A DNA stretch of 62,922 nucleotides from a virus (taxonomy: Duplodnaviria; Caudoviricetes): positions 1-62,922 of the IMG/VR virus record IMGVR_UViG_3300048690_000084, one strand, 5' to 3'. Position 1 is the first letter of the stretch, and each line of letters starts with the position of its first letter. The position numbers and the translations under genes are program-made. The notes beneath the pieces are model-generated. The model did not search any database. It was not told where the DNA came from and saw only the letters and a list, made by a program, of their open reading frames with translations. Shown here piece after piece: positions 36,006-46,013 of the stretch.

Positions 36006-37640
36006 TTAGCAAGCCATCAACACGCAGGGGACACAGAACGATCCGTCTGCGTACGTGCAAGTGACATGGGTTGACGTAACTTTGGCAACAGTCTTGGCGC
36101 GAACAATGTCGTCACCCTGCGGCTTGGCAGTGCCATCACCGGCAGACATCAGCAAGTCACCACGCTGGACGGTCACGCCTTGGCCAATGCGGATAATCAT
36201 ATCGCCGGTCATTGCCATGTTGATCTCGTCCACGTTGTGAGCTTCATCATACGTCCAGTTGACGAACACACCAGCAATATTGGCATCGCCTTCAACGTCC
36301 GAAACTTTGACCTTGTTCAGCTGCTCGTTTGCGACGGGGTTGCCGTCAGCGTCCACATAGACGTTCATCTCGTCCAAGTTAGACAACACAGTGCCTTTGA
36401 CCAAAGATTCGTCTTTGGCGGTGGTTGTTTGCGCCCAGCGAGACAAGTGACCACCGTTGTATGAGGTGGTTGTGCCCGAGATGGAGACAGTTCCTTCCGT
36501 AGTGCCACCGCTAAGAAAGGCAACAATTGTTCCATCAGCCGTGCGGTTAAAGAAACAGGGCGAACCTACCGAAGATATAAAAGTCTGACCGTCACTGTTT
36601 AACGCAGCTCCAGTAACGCTGTTCCCATACCCCGGCTGACTTTGTGAGCCAGCGCCAACAATAAAATTACCGCTGGAGTCGATACGGGCGCGTTCTGCGT
36701 TGCTGGTTTTAAAAACTATCGGTAAATATGAACCAGTTGACGAATAAGAAGCGGCAATACCAACAACAGAGTTATCGCAATAAAAACGCCCATTACTATC
36801 TGTACTTGATGAGTAAGTCCAAATACCTGCCTCATTGTTTGCAGATTGCTTAATTTCTAATTTACCACCGCCATTTGATGTAGCTCCAACCATTAAATTC
36901 CCACTCGCATCCAGCGTCATCGCCTGAGTAAGGCTAATAACGTTACCTGCTGTGCCGGAGGCTGCTGTAAACCATTGATGCTGGCCCACAGTCTGCCTGT
37001 ACTGCGATGCAGTGTTTGTTGTGATGTACGTTGCGCTGCCTCCTGAATTCAAATAAATGTTATCTGAAATAGCAGTGAAGTTGTTGCCTCCAAATGAATA
37101 GTTATACACAGAACCTGTTGCGCTAACTTGAAGTACTTTTAATCCAATACTTGTTGCCCAAGCACTCGGAGTAACCCCCAAGCCGAGGTTGCCGGAGGAG
37201 TCGAGGCGCATACGCTCTGTGGCATTGGTGGTAAAACTAATTTTTCTGTCATCAAAAAGCGTGATAGCAGACCTCAAATCCGTGAGACTTGCAGTCATAG
37301 CCAAGACCAGATCACCGCCATCATTTGTCAGGCTACCAAGACGAGTTGCGGTTGTGCCTGTATCTTGAAGAACAATGGAGGGCGCTGTTGTCGCCGCTGT
37401 GTTACCAGCCAAATGAAGCAATCCACTCGGCGAACTCGTCCCAATACCCACATTCCCGCTGGCACCAACAGACACCGATGGCACAGGGGCAGATGCGTTT
37501 ACGCTGATAGCGCCAGAACCCGTCAACAAAGTGCCTGTTTGGTCAGGCAGCGTCAGTGTGCGGTCCGAGTTTGTGTTCGGTGCGGCAATGGTCAGCGTAC
37601 CTGTGCCGCTGGCGTTGCCTTGGACTTTTACGAGGCTCAT
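36006..37640 (-). CDS. Tail fibre with a G2-like autoproteolytic C-terminal domain
   Basis: GNVGIGTSSP repeats; C-terminus GDLLMSAGDG.AKPQ..TVAKV. Confidence 0.75.
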   Translation of the reverse strand: MSLVKVQGNASGTGTLTIAAPNTNSDRTLTLPDQTGTLLTGSGAISVNASAPVPSVSVGASGNVGIGTSSPSGLLHLAGNTAATTAPSIVLQDTGTTATRLGSLTNDGGDLVLAMTASLTDLRSAITLFDDRKISFTTNATERMRLDSSGNLGLGVTPSAWATSIGLKVLQVSATGSVYNYSFGGNNFTAISDNIYLNSGGSATYITTNTASQYRQTVGQHQWFTAASGTAGNVISLTQAMTLDASGNLMVGATSNGGGKLEIKQSANNEAGIWTYSSSTDSNGRFYCDNSVVGIAASYSSTGSYLPIVFKTSNAERARIDSSGNFIVGAGSQSQPGYGNSVTGAALNSDGQTFISSVGSPCFFNRTADGTIVAFLSGGTTEGTVSISGTTTSYNGGHLSRWAQTTTAKDESLVKGTVLSNLDEMNVYVDADGNPVANEQLNKVKVSDVEGDANIAGVFVNWTYDEAHNVDEINMAMTGDMIIRIGQGVTVQRGDLLMSAGDGTAKPQGDDIVRAKTVAKVTSTHVTCTYADGSFCVPCVLMAC

Positions 37641-38935
37641 GGTTGTGTTCCTTCCAGTGCTTCAACTCGGGCGGTCAAAGCGGTGATGATGGCTTGCTGC
37701 TCTTGGATGGCTGCTGTCAGGGTGGCAACCAAGAAACTGGTGTCGATGCCTTGGTACTTGGGGTTGCCCTCGGCATCCACTGCGTCTTTTTCGCCAGTAA
37801 CAGCGTCTGGGCAGAACTCTTGCAACTCATGGGCAATGAAGCCTTCGCCACTTGATCCGTCAATCTTCCACTTGTATGCTACAGGCTTGAGTGCTTGCAC
37901 CTTTGCCAATGCGCCTGTCATGGGCTGCACGTTTTCTTTCAGGCGGTAGTCAGAGGACGTAGCGTAGGTTGTGGCGCTGCCCGTTACCTCAATCTCGCCT
38001 ACGTTAGTGCCGTTTCGACGAAAGCGAACCAATGAAGTTGCACCAGTACCAGACGCAGTGGTATTAAAAACAACAGGCTGAACAACAGAACTATCGGCTT
38101 GGACGGTAAGCCGTGCGGAACTTGTCGTAGTCCCCACCAGCAAGTTACCGCTGGAGTCGATACGGGCGCGTTCTGAGCCGGTAATCGTAAAACGCAAGTA
38201 ATCCGAAGATGCTCCCGTAGCATTGATTGTCGAACCACCCCCACCGGCAGCGGCCAGCGTAAGAGTCGTGGAATACGCACCCGCTGTGCTATTCAAGGTG
38301 AAGTTGTTGTCAACACCAACAGCCGTCGACGTAGCTTTTCCATCAGCAGCCACTGTTAGCACCTGAGTAAAGCTAATAGCGTTACCTGCTGTGCCGGAGG
38401 GGGCGGTGTACCACTGGTGCTGACCTGCTGTTTGCAGATACTGTGTAGCAAAAGATGACTGCTTGTAGATTGGGCTGCCTGCGCCGTTTAGGTAGGCGTT
38501 GGTAAGGCTGTAAAAGTTAGAAACAGAACCGGAAGCAAACGAGTAAAACGCCCCTGTTGGCAGCTCCAATGCTTTAACAGACGAAGCCCAAGCACTCGGA
38601 GTAACCCCCAAGCCGAGGTTGCCGGAGTTGGTCAAAACCATGCGGTCATCACTGTTTCCAAAGAAACGCAAATCATCACCAGTTGGGTTGTAGACAGACC
38701 ACTCTGCGCCACTGCCATCGCGGGGCTGCACTACAAGCGCCCCAATAGAGCCGCGAGTAGTGATTTGACCTGACACATCCAACTTATAAGCAGGAGAACT
38801 CGTCCCAATACCCACGTTACCACCAGTAGTGGTCACCAGTGTATTCGCAGGGGTCGTGTCAGCAAAGACTACACCGTCACCTGTGTAGCCACCATCATTG
38901 GTGATGCCCGTTGTTCCGTTCAAGACAATAGTCAT
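37637..38935 (-). CDS. Tail fibre with intramolecular chaperone (peptidase S74-type)
   Basis: GNVGIGTSSP, SDYRLKENV, GFIAHELQE. Confidence 0.85.
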   Translation of the reverse strand: MTIVLNGTTGITNDGGYTGDGVVFADTTPANTLVTTTGGNVGIGTSSPAYKLDVSGQITTRGSIGALVVQPRDGSGAEWSVYNPTGDDLRFFGNSDDRMVLTNSGNLGLGVTPSAWASSVKALELPTGAFYSFASGSVSNFYSLTNAYLNGAGSPIYKQSSFATQYLQTAGQHQWYTAPSGTAGNAISFTQVLTVAADGKATSTAVGVDNNFTLNSTAGAYSTTLTLAAAGGGGSTINATGASSDYLRFTITGSERARIDSSGNLLVGTTTSSARLTVQADSSVVQPVVFNTTASGTGATSLVRFRRNGTNVGEIEVTGSATTYATSSDYRLKENVQPMTGALAKVQALKPVAYKWKIDGSSGEGFIAHELQEFCPDAVTGEKDAVDAEGNPKYQGIDTSFLVATLTAAIQEQQAIITALTARVEALEGTQP

Positions 38936-38945
38936 GTTTTTTCCT

Positions 38946-41240
38946 TTACACCACGGTCCATACGGAGCCAGAAGATACCGTCACCGTCACCCCAGACGCC
39001 ACAGAAACTGGGCCGAAAGAACCGGCATTATTCCCAACCGCAATGGTCTGGTCTTGAGTAATGCTGATCGCGTTGACAAAAATGCCGTTGCCAGCAATCA
39101 CTGATGCGTTGCCCGTGACGACTGTGCCCGTAATGGCTGCGGGAGTTGAGCCCCCAATCACGGAAGCATTGATCGTTGAGGCACCAGAGATGGCCACGCC
39201 GGTAACCGTACCACCAGAAATGGCAACGTTGTTGGCGTTCTGCGTTGCCATGGTCCCCAAGCCACTGATGTCTCCAGAAGACAGCGCATCCCACGAAGGA
39301 GCTGCCGATGCGGAGCCTGTGCCTGTCTGGTTCAGAAATTTCTTGGTGGTCGTGGTGTTGCCTGACAGCTTTGCCAGCGCGTTTGTTGACCCGGAGTACA
39401 AGATGTCGCCAACCGCGTAAGCGCTCTGGCCTGTACCGCCGTTGGTAGCTGCCAGTGCGCCAGAAACAGCGCCTGACTGGTTCAAAGGAACGGCATTCCA
39501 CTCAACGTTTGTACCGCCAGCGTTCATCACCAAAGACTTGTACGCAGCGCCCGCAGCAAGCTTGCTCCATGTATTGGTGCCCGAGCCGTACAGCAGATCG
39601 CCCGTTGCAACTGCGCTTGTGCCTGTGCCGCCCAAAGTAGCGGCAATCGTCCCAGATACGTTGATTGTCTGCCCGATAACGCTGATGTTGGTGCCGCCCG
39701 TGTAGTCCACGGAACCGCTGAACTGCGTGTAGGTCAGCGTGGTGTACCCAATAATCATCGTATTGGGCTCGGTCGTTAGGACGTGCGAGTCACCTGCGTT
39801 CAGTGTGCCGGATTGGGTGAAGTAATAATCCCCGGTGCCAACGCCATCCGGGTCGGCCGGGTTTACTTTGTTTGAGTCTGTGGCTCGGGTCAACACCCAG
39901 TTGGTCGATCCGTCACCCACTGTGGTGACTGTGTAAACGCCATTCTCTGCGCCAGCTGTTTGCAAGCGCACCATCACGCGATCTGCAACGGAGAGGGATA
40001 CACCATCAACCGCCAACGCGGCTTGCGCACCAGAGTTGGTAAGGGTAGCGCCAATACCGGAGTTGGCTCGGGTTGCGTACGTCAAACCGGAGGCGTTTGT
40101 CAAACCTGTGATCTGCGTTCCGTCAAAAGTCAAAGATAGAGTTAACTGGTTGGCCGCTGGTGTCGAAAACACAAAGTACGCTGTGTTCGTGGACAGGCCG
40201 TTGCCTGCGGTGCTGTACAGCCAAATCTGGTCGTTAACAGACAGACCGTGGCTTGCGGACGTGGTAACAGTCGTGGTGCTGGTGATGTCGGTGATGTTGA
40301 ATGTCGTGCCGCCCTGCGCGTAAGTAGCTGTCAGATTGGCGGTGGTCTCTACCAGCACAGGCTCATGCAAATGCAAACCAGCGGTCACTTGGTTGTCAAC
40401 GTACTGCTTGGTCGCCGCTTGCAAAGCTGTTGTTGGGTTGGCATCCAGAAGAACTGTTGAGCCAAACACCGCAGCGCCGGTTACATCCAGTGCGCCGCCA
40501 ACCGTAACATCGGCCGTGGTCGTCACTTCCAGCGTCGTCTTGTTGATCCGCATGGCTTCGTCAGTGGTGTCCACGCCGCCAGCAAACAGCACCACATCGT
40601 CCGTGGCGCTACCGATAATCAGCTCTCCGCCGTCGTTGTAAACGTAGCCTGACCCGGCCGTGAAGATGGGGTAGACAGCAGACGAATAGTTCGAGCTGTT
40701 GATACCCATGTCGATGAAGTTGTTCACCCCATCGCCCAAATCGTTGTACGCCACAATGTCTGCAGACGCATCCGCACCGTCGTTCAAGTTCTGCGCGTAG
40801 AACTGCGCGAACGAGTTGACATCAGCATACATCTCGCCAAGCGCGGCTGAAAATGTGGAGTACCCTGTGACACCATCGCCAACGACTGTGATGGGGCCAC
40901 CATCGATCAGCACGTTACCGGAGACTTCTTCGTAGATTGCCTTCTCTGCCGGGTACGTACAAAAGACGTTTTTAGCTCCGGCGGCAAAGTCAACTTTTGC
41001 TCCGGTGTTGCTGGATTCCAAAACTGTGGTGCGTGTCAGCGTGGGGCCGGTGGTGCTGTATGTGCCAATACCGACTTCCCAATCACCTGTGTTTGGGTCT
41101 ACTGCCGCGTAATATGTGGTGTTGGTGTTGCCGATGGCCGCAAACGACTGAAAACCCGACACCGCACCGGTCAGCACAAAGTCTGCCGTGCCTGTGGTTG
41201 TGCTTGTTTGCTGTACCCGGTCTTTTACAACGATTGCCAT
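38946..41240 (-). CDS. Tail fibre / tail structural protein
   Basis: T/G-rich; AATKQYVD, ENGVY.VT..WVLTRATD, GGTG..GDLLY repeats. Confidence 0.8.
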   Translation of the reverse strand: MAIVVKDRVQQTSTTTGTADFVLTGAVSGFQSFAAIGNTNTTYYAAVDPNTGDWEVGIGTYSTTGPTLTRTTVLESSNTGAKVDFAAGAKNVFCTYPAEKAIYEEVSGNVLIDGGPITVVGDGVTGYSTFSAALGEMYADVNSFAQFYAQNLNDGADASADIVAYNDLGDGVNNFIDMGINSSNYSSAVYPIFTAGSGYVYNDGGELIIGSATDDVVLFAGGVDTTDEAMRINKTTLEVTTTADVTVGGALDVTGAAVFGSTVLLDANPTTALQAATKQYVDNQVTAGLHLHEPVLVETTANLTATYAQGGTTFNITDITSTTTVTTSASHGLSVNDQIWLYSTAGNGLSTNTAYFVFSTPAANQLTLSLTFDGTQITGLTNASGLTYATRANSGIGATLTNSGAQAALAVDGVSLSVADRVMVRLQTAGAENGVYTVTTVGDGSTNWVLTRATDSNKVNPADPDGVGTGDYYFTQSGTLNAGDSHVLTTEPNTMIIGYTTLTYTQFSGSVDYTGGTNISVIGQTINVSGTIAATLGGTGTSAVATGDLLYGSGTNTWSKLAAGAAYKSLVMNAGGTNVEWNAVPLNQSGAVSGALAATNGGTGQSAYAVGDILYSGSTNALAKLSGNTTTTKKFLNQTGTGSASAAPSWDALSSGDISGLGTMATQNANNVAISGGTVTGVAISGASTINASVIGGSTPAAITGTVVTGNASVIAGNGIFVNAISITQDQTIAVGNNAGSFGPVSVASGVTVTVSSGSVWTVV

Positions 41241-41242
41241 TT

Positions 41243-41794
41243 TTAATCCAATGTAGGTATGTCAGACCACGTAGTGGGGGCGCTGTCGTTAATAGTCGTC
41301 CATGTGGTGGATTGTGCCGTATTAACCGTTGCCCAGCCAGTGGTTTGACTGTCATTGATGAGTTCCCAAAGCAGTCGAGCAGTTGCTACATCCGTTATGG
41401 CGCTTCCTTCAGCTACAGCGCAAATAAACAATATGTAGGTGGACACAATGTCGGTTGCGGTAGCCGCCTCTGAAAGCGCGGCATTGAACGTGGACGCCGC
41501 TACAGTGACTGAGTCGGTGGCTACGCTGCTCTCAGCTACGATGGCGGCGAACGTGGAAGCGCTTACAACCACGGCATCCGATCCTGTCGCGGCCTCAGAA
41601 ACTGCCGCCGTAAACGCGGATGCGCTTACCGTAACGTCATCTGCTCCGGTGCTTGAATCTGCAACAGTTGAATTGAACACAACCCGAGCCAAAAACTCAT
41701 CGAGTATGGCTGCAGCCTCAACAATAGCGGAGTTGAACGTGTTCGACCCTGTGGCTGAAAAGGGAGCCGCCGCAAAAGCCGATCCGCTAAACAT
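41243..41794 (-). CDS. Structural protein
   Basis: MF...FAAAPFS start, A/S/T-rich repeats. Confidence 0.7.
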   Translation of the reverse strand: MFSGSAFAAAPFSATGSNTFNSAIVEAAAILDEFLARVVFNSTVADSSTGADDVTVSASAFTAAVSEAATGSDAVVVSASTFAAIVAESSVATDSVTVAASTFNAALSEAATATDIVSTYILFICAVAEGSAITDVATARLLWELINDSQTTGWATVNTAQSTTWTTINDSAPTTWSDIPTLD

Positions 41795-41805
41795 CCGCTA
41801 CCCCA

Positions 41806-42324
41806 TCAGGCAGCGTCAAGGCTGAATGTGTATGTGACGTTCAGCGTATCCCCAGAAACCACGGTTCGATCACCGGGAGACTGGAAGTCAGATGCCGAGA
41901 ACAGCACGCCGGATGTTCCGGTGGTCACTGAGCAAATAAATGCGCCCGCCACCACACCGCCCGAGCTGGAGATGCTGAACGAAGAGGGGTTCGAGGAGTT
42001 GGAGATTACAGATGGATCGGCCGTCGAGGCGGTTCCAAAGGTGATTGCCGGACGGTTCCCTGAGTAGTTGGTGAACTCAGTCCAGCCAGAGTGCGATGCC
42101 AAGGTGTCAGCGGCCGCAATCGTTGCGCCAGAGCCGGGGCCGGTAATTAAACCCATGTACCAAGCAGCGGTATACGCACTGCCCTTAAAGAACTGGGTGT
42201 TCATGTTCTGCAGGCCTTCGTTGACCACGAGGTTTGGCACTGCCGCTTCCCACTTCAGGTTGCCGTCTTGGTCGTGGCACTGGACCGTGAACACACCGCC
42301 AGCTTTTGCTTGTTCGTTAAACAT
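41806..42324 (-). CDS. Structural protein
   Basis: W....NLVVNEG, GDTLNVTY. Confidence 0.75.
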   Translation of the reverse strand: MFNEQAKAGGVFTVQCHDQDGNLKWEAAVPNLVVNEGLQNMNTQFFKGSAYTAAWYMGLITGPGSGATIAAADTLASHSGWTEFTNYSGNRPAITFGTASTADPSVISNSSNPSSFSISSSGGVVAGAFICSVTTGTSGVLFSASDFQSPGDRTVVSGDTLNVTYTFSLDAA

Positions 42325-42333
42325 GTTTGTTCC

Positions 42334-42750
42334 TCAAGAAATGCGGATCAGCGCACTTGTCGCTGTGTTGGCGGGCATCTGCACCGTGAAAGATGTGGTG
42401 GCTGTTTTGTCAGCGCCAAAGTCAAGTACGGCAATCGCTTTATTGCTTTTGCTGGCATTGTAAATGAGGGCACCGCGAGCAGTGAAATCAGCCGGGCTCC
42501 ACGAGGGATCGGCAAAGTCCACGTAGGCCGTTGTGCCAGAAGTCAACACCGTCACACCTGTCAGCGTCTCTCCGCCGGCCGTGTATCCAGTTCCCGACGT
42601 TTCGCCCGTTGTGCTGTACACCGTGGTGGCCGCACCCAAGTCGGCAGTAGCCAAGTACAACGCCATCTTGATGGTGTCGGTTTCGAGGTCGTGCACGCCC
42701 AGCAGGATGTCCTGCTTGAAGCTCGTGGTAAGGGTTTGGTCAAACGCCAT
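42334..42750 (-). CDS. Structural protein
   Basis: SFK..L.G.HD, GYTAGG, ARGALIYN, VLDFG.DK. Confidence 0.75.
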   Translation of the reverse strand: MAFDQTLTTSFKQDILLGVHDLETDTIKMALYLATADLGAATTVYSTTGETSGTGYTAGGETLTGVTVLTSGTTAYVDFADPSWSPADFTARGALIYNASKSNKAIAVLDFGADKTATTSFTVQMPANTATSALIRIS

Positions 42751-42751
42751 A

Positions 42752-43459
42752 TCAGCTCACCCCGTTGTTTTGCGGCAATGGTGCCATACGGTACTGGCCG
42801 TTGCGGTACGCATCGCTGCGCTCCATGCCATCACCCAGACGCTTAGCCAATGCCAGTGCTTCGTTGTACTTGGTGTTGTACAGCTGAACCATGTCGGCTT
42901 CACCCTTCATGAACGTGATTGCCTCAACCAACGAGCCATACAACAGCACGGAGTCAAAGTTGTCGCCAAGCCATGTCTGGCCAGAAGCCGCCACGCTGAT
43001 CGACTCAGGGTAGTAGTAATAGTGAAGCTCGACCGTGTACGCGGCAGCAGGGGTTGGACCCATGATGAACGACAGCTCGTTTGTGATAACGGGCGATGCG
43101 CCGCTTGTTGTCGTTGGGCCAAACAAAGCGTAGTACTTGGGCAGGCCTGTGCTCGACGGAGTGGGGTACGCCTGACGGATAAAGTTGACATCCTTGTTGA
43201 GCAGGTACTCGTACGCGCCGGTGGCGTCAACCACCGCCAAAGAGTAAACAGCCAAGAAGTCGCCGGGGGACGAGAGGTACTTGTTCCCAGTCTCAGTCAA
43301 CCCCGTGACGTTCTTGCGAAGCGAGGGGAACTGCACCGTGTTGTAGATGCGCTGCTCGGCCTGCGTGACAAACACCGGGATGTTGTCAATGAAGTCCTGA
43401 TCGAAGTTCTGCGTGTAATCGCAGATGGCAGCAGTCAACTGGGTGTAGTTCATCGCCAC
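42752..43459 (-). CDS. Head-tail adaptor / tail tubular A-like
   Basis: AEQRIY, G.PKYYA, PTP...Y.VEL.YYY.P, LLYGSL.EA. Confidence 0.7.
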   Translation of the reverse strand: MAMNYTQLTAAICDYTQNFDQDFIDNIPVFVTQAEQRIYNTVQFPSLRKNVTGLTETGNKYLSSPGDFLAVYSLAVVDATGAYEYLLNKDVNFIRQAYPTPSSTGLPKYYALFGPTTTSGASPVITNELSFIMGPTPAAAYTVELHYYYYPESISVAASGQTWLGDNFDSVLLYGSLVEAITFMKGEADMVQLYNTKYNEALALAKRLGDGMERSDAYRNGQYRMAPLPQNNGVS

Positions 43460-43460
43460 C

Positions 43461-43733
43461 TCAAGCCATTGGGCCGCGAGCCATCAGGCCCTTGGTTGCT
43501 GCGCCAGTGCCGCGAACTTTGATGCCGGATGTCTTGACGTCATTAGCACCGGGATCACCAGCACTTACACGGGGTGTGGCCGTGTATTGGGTCATCTTGT
43601 TGGCAGCCAAAGTGTTTGGGTCTTGCATGACCTTCGCACCAGTACCGGGCTTGCCGTCCATGGTGTGTGGCTTGGCATAGACACTGGCTTGGCCAACTTC
43701 TTTACCCATCAATTTTTTGCTGAAAGTAGCCAT
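43461..43733 (-). CDS. Small basic virion-region protein
   Basis: K/M/G-rich; RGTGAATKG. Confidence 0.7.
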   Translation of the reverse strand: MATFSKKLMGKEVGQASVYAKPHTMDGKPGTGAKVMQDPNTLAANKMTQYTATPRVSAGDPGANDVKTSGIKVRGTGAATKGLMARGPMA

Positions 43734-43735
43734 GA

Positions 43736-43927
43736 TTAGCCTCGCTTCTGTGCTGCAATTTTAGCCAAGCCGCGACCCATGGTCTTCATGTCGGCGTTGA
43801 GTTTTCCGCCGCCGCTTTTGCCGCCACGGCCGGACAGAGCTGCGACTGTGGGGCCGCTATCACCAAGGTTTTTGCCCTTGGTTTTGCCTTTGGACACGAT
43901 GCCGTCAGCAGATTTTGTAAAAGCCAT
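43736..43927 (-). CDS. Small basic virion-region protein
   Basis: ADGIVSKGKTKG. Confidence 0.7.
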   Translation of the reverse strand: MAFTKSADGIVSKGKTKGKNLGDSGPTVAALSGRGGKSGGGKLNADMKTMGRGLAKIAAQKRG

Positions 43928-43937
43928 GATGGACTCC

Positions 43938-44327
43938 TTAATTCGTCACTACCGTGACTGTACCAACAAAACCCTGCGCCACCAAGTTATTTGGTGTCAG
44001 CGCAGCGTCAAAAAAGCTTGAGCCGCCAACCGGTGACCAACCCCACTGAATGTCCCGACTGCCACCTCCGTTGAACCCATCAACCCCGATACCGGAAGTC
44101 ACGTATGTCGTGTCATTGCGAGGGTTGCGCAGGGCCTGTGGATCGTCCACAGGAAAGGTTCCAAGCATCAACTGAGGCTGATCCGGGTCCCAGCACTCAG
44201 AACACACCAGCAGCTCGTATTTGCGCTGCTTGATGACTTCTGTTTTGAGTGTTTTGAGCTTGAACTGCTGACCGCAGCGATCGCACATGGCAATCGCCCG
44301 CTTGCCAGAAGCAAAACGATTCGCCAT
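43938..44327 (-). CDS. Zn-finger structural-region protein
   Basis: CDRCG..VC.ECWDPDQPQ. Confidence 0.75.
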   Translation of the reverse strand: MANRFASGKRAIAMCDRCGQQFKLKTLKTEVIKQRKYELLVCSECWDPDQPQLMLGTFPVDDPQALRNPRNDTTYVTSGIGVDGFNGGGSRDIQWGWSPVGGSSFFDAALTPNNLVAQGFVGTVTVVTN

Positions 44328-45026
44328 TTAGACACCACTTCCGATGAACATCTGGCGAGGAACAAATCGAACGGCAGCTTTCTCCCGGTCTTCGGAAGAT
44401 GCAAGGTCCCAAGCTTCGTCGTACTGGGCTTTGAGAATCTGTAGGCGCTCCAAGCCACCGGGGATTTTCATCGCCAAGTAATAGGCCAGTCCAGCGATCA
44501 TGGCCGGGATAAAACGGAACGGCATGTCCATGGTGTTCACACCCTCACCAGCATTCTGGATGCGGCGCAGACGCCAGTACACCAGCGTGTAGGTCTGGGT
44601 GTTGTCTGGCACAGGCCAAACAGTGAACCGTGGCGTGTTCAGGCGCTCAATCCAAATCTGGATAGGGCGGGCCTGAGTCAGCTTGTTGGGGATCGTGGCA
44701 TACGTAGAAACACTTATGCGCGTGATGGTCAGGTCGGCTTGCGTCGATGCGCTGCCTGCGCCCGTGCGGATGACGTGCTCCATAAGGTCAACCGTGTCGG
44801 CCGGCAGCTCATATGTGGCCACGCCCGGGGTCAACACTTGCGTGCCTTGCTCGAACGTCCACATATTGATGCCTCGGTTTGCCCAGTCAGCAAACAGCAG
44901 GTTTAGTGAACGGCGAGCGGTTCGCAAGTCGTAACCAGTCCGCATCTCGGAGCCCACTCGCTCAAACGCTTCCTCGACGATTTCTGTCAAATCGACGTTA
45001 AAGTTTGCAACTCCAGATGTGGCCAT
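44328..45026 (-). CDS. Head-tail adaptor-like protein
   Basis: EEAFER.G, ARRSLNL...WANRG.N.W, GLAYYLA. Confidence 0.7.
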   Translation of the reverse strand: MATSGVANFNVDLTEIVEEAFERVGSEMRTGYDLRTARRSLNLLFADWANRGINMWTFEQGTQVLTPGVATYELPADTVDLMEHVIRTGAGSASTQADLTITRISVSTYATIPNKLTQARPIQIWIERLNTPRFTVWPVPDNTQTYTLVYWRLRRIQNAGEGVNTMDMPFRFIPAMIAGLAYYLAMKIPGGLERLQILKAQYDEAWDLASSEDREKAAVRFVPRQMFIGSGV

Positions 45027-45029
45027 GAT

Positions 45030-45278
45030 TTACTTCTTCGCGGTTTTGGCTGAGTTCAAGAACGCTTGCTTAGTTGGCGCACCTTTGCTACCAACGCTTC
45101 GCATTTTCTCTCCAGAGCCTTCAGCAATTCTTTTGCGCTTTGCATTAATGTTTGCATACAGTCCTACTTTCCCGCCATCGGCGTACTGCGTGAAGTCGGT
45201 GTCATCCCGGCGAGCTTTACGCACGCCCTTGGGCATCTTCGATGAGGCGATGGCACCCATGCCACGGCTGGCCATCAT
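45030..45278 (-). CDS. Small basic protein
   Basis: SRGMGAI, YADGG, GLYANI.AKRKRI. Confidence 0.7.
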   Translation of the reverse strand: MMASRGMGAIASSKMPKGVRKARRDDTDFTQYADGGKVGLYANINAKRKRIAEGSGEKMRSVGSKGAPTKQAFLNSAKTAKK

Positions 45279-45279
45279 G

Positions 45280-45723
45280 TCAGCACACCTTGCCGCGAGT
45301 TTTACCGCGCTGGGCGATGCCGTCAGCACGACGAGAGGCCGACACTGCGCCGCCTTTTTTGAATGTCTCAGGGGAGGCTTCGGTGTTTTCTTCGCTGTTT
45401 AACCGCGCACCGCGCATCGCACCTGTAGCTTCAGCCGCGCTGTCGAGCATATTACGGACACGACGCGATTCACCGCTCTTGGCCATAGTCTCGTCATCAG
45501 GCTTGCGGGCCATGGATGTGCGAGTTGAACCCTGAACCATTGTTGGAGCGCGTGGCGAACGATCGTCACGAGACTTGTACTCACGCGAAACTTTGCCGCC
45601 CACGGAGGGCTGCTCGGTTTGGGAGGCTAGTTCCGTGGTGAACTTCTTGCCGTTGAACTCAAACGTTTTATCGCCAGCAGCGCGTGCTTCGCGGAATGCT
45701 TTGCCGAAACCAGATGTAGCCAT
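45280..45723 (-). CDS. Small basic protein
   Basis: F..AF..AR..G.KTF.FNGK.FTT; FKKGG; RADGIAQRGKTRG. Confidence 0.7.
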   Translation of the reverse strand: MATSGFGKAFREARAAGDKTFEFNGKKFTTELASQTEQPSVGGKVSREYKSRDDRSPRAPTMVQGSTRTSMARKPDDETMAKSGESRRVRNMLDSAAEATGAMRGARLNSEENTEASPETFKKGGAVSASRRADGIAQRGKTRGKVC

Positions 45724-45733
45724 AATTTTCTCC

Positions 45734-45970
45734 TTAGCAGGCTTTGCCGCCACGGGCCATCTTGATCATGGTGCCTTTGGTCTTGCCTTTGACAGCGATA
45801 CCGTCGGGCTTTGAGCTTGTCTTAACTGCGCCCATCTTGGTCATGCCGCCAGCCTTCAAGCCTGCGTGAGCCTTGGAGGCGGGTTTGGCAGCGTGCTTGG
45901 CCAACGCGTCAGCGCCGCCCTTTTTCTTTTCCATCATTGCGGCAAAGCCAGCGTTCATTTTTGTAGCCAT
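45734..45970 (-). CDS. Small basic protein
   Basis: LKAGG, DGIAVKGKTKG, MARGG. Confidence 0.7.
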   Translation of the reverse strand: MATKMNAGFAAMMEKKKGGADALAKHAAKPASKAHAGLKAGGMTKMGAVKTSSKPDGIAVKGKTKGTMIKMARGGKAC

Positions 45971-46013
45971 GGTGTACCACCTTTAAAAATGCGGGTTTAA
46001 CCGCGATTGAATT

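Noticed and set aside
35074-38935. DGR or invertase shufflon acting on tail fibres
   Set aside because: All copies are in direct orientation; no RT, invertase or inverted crossover sites seen
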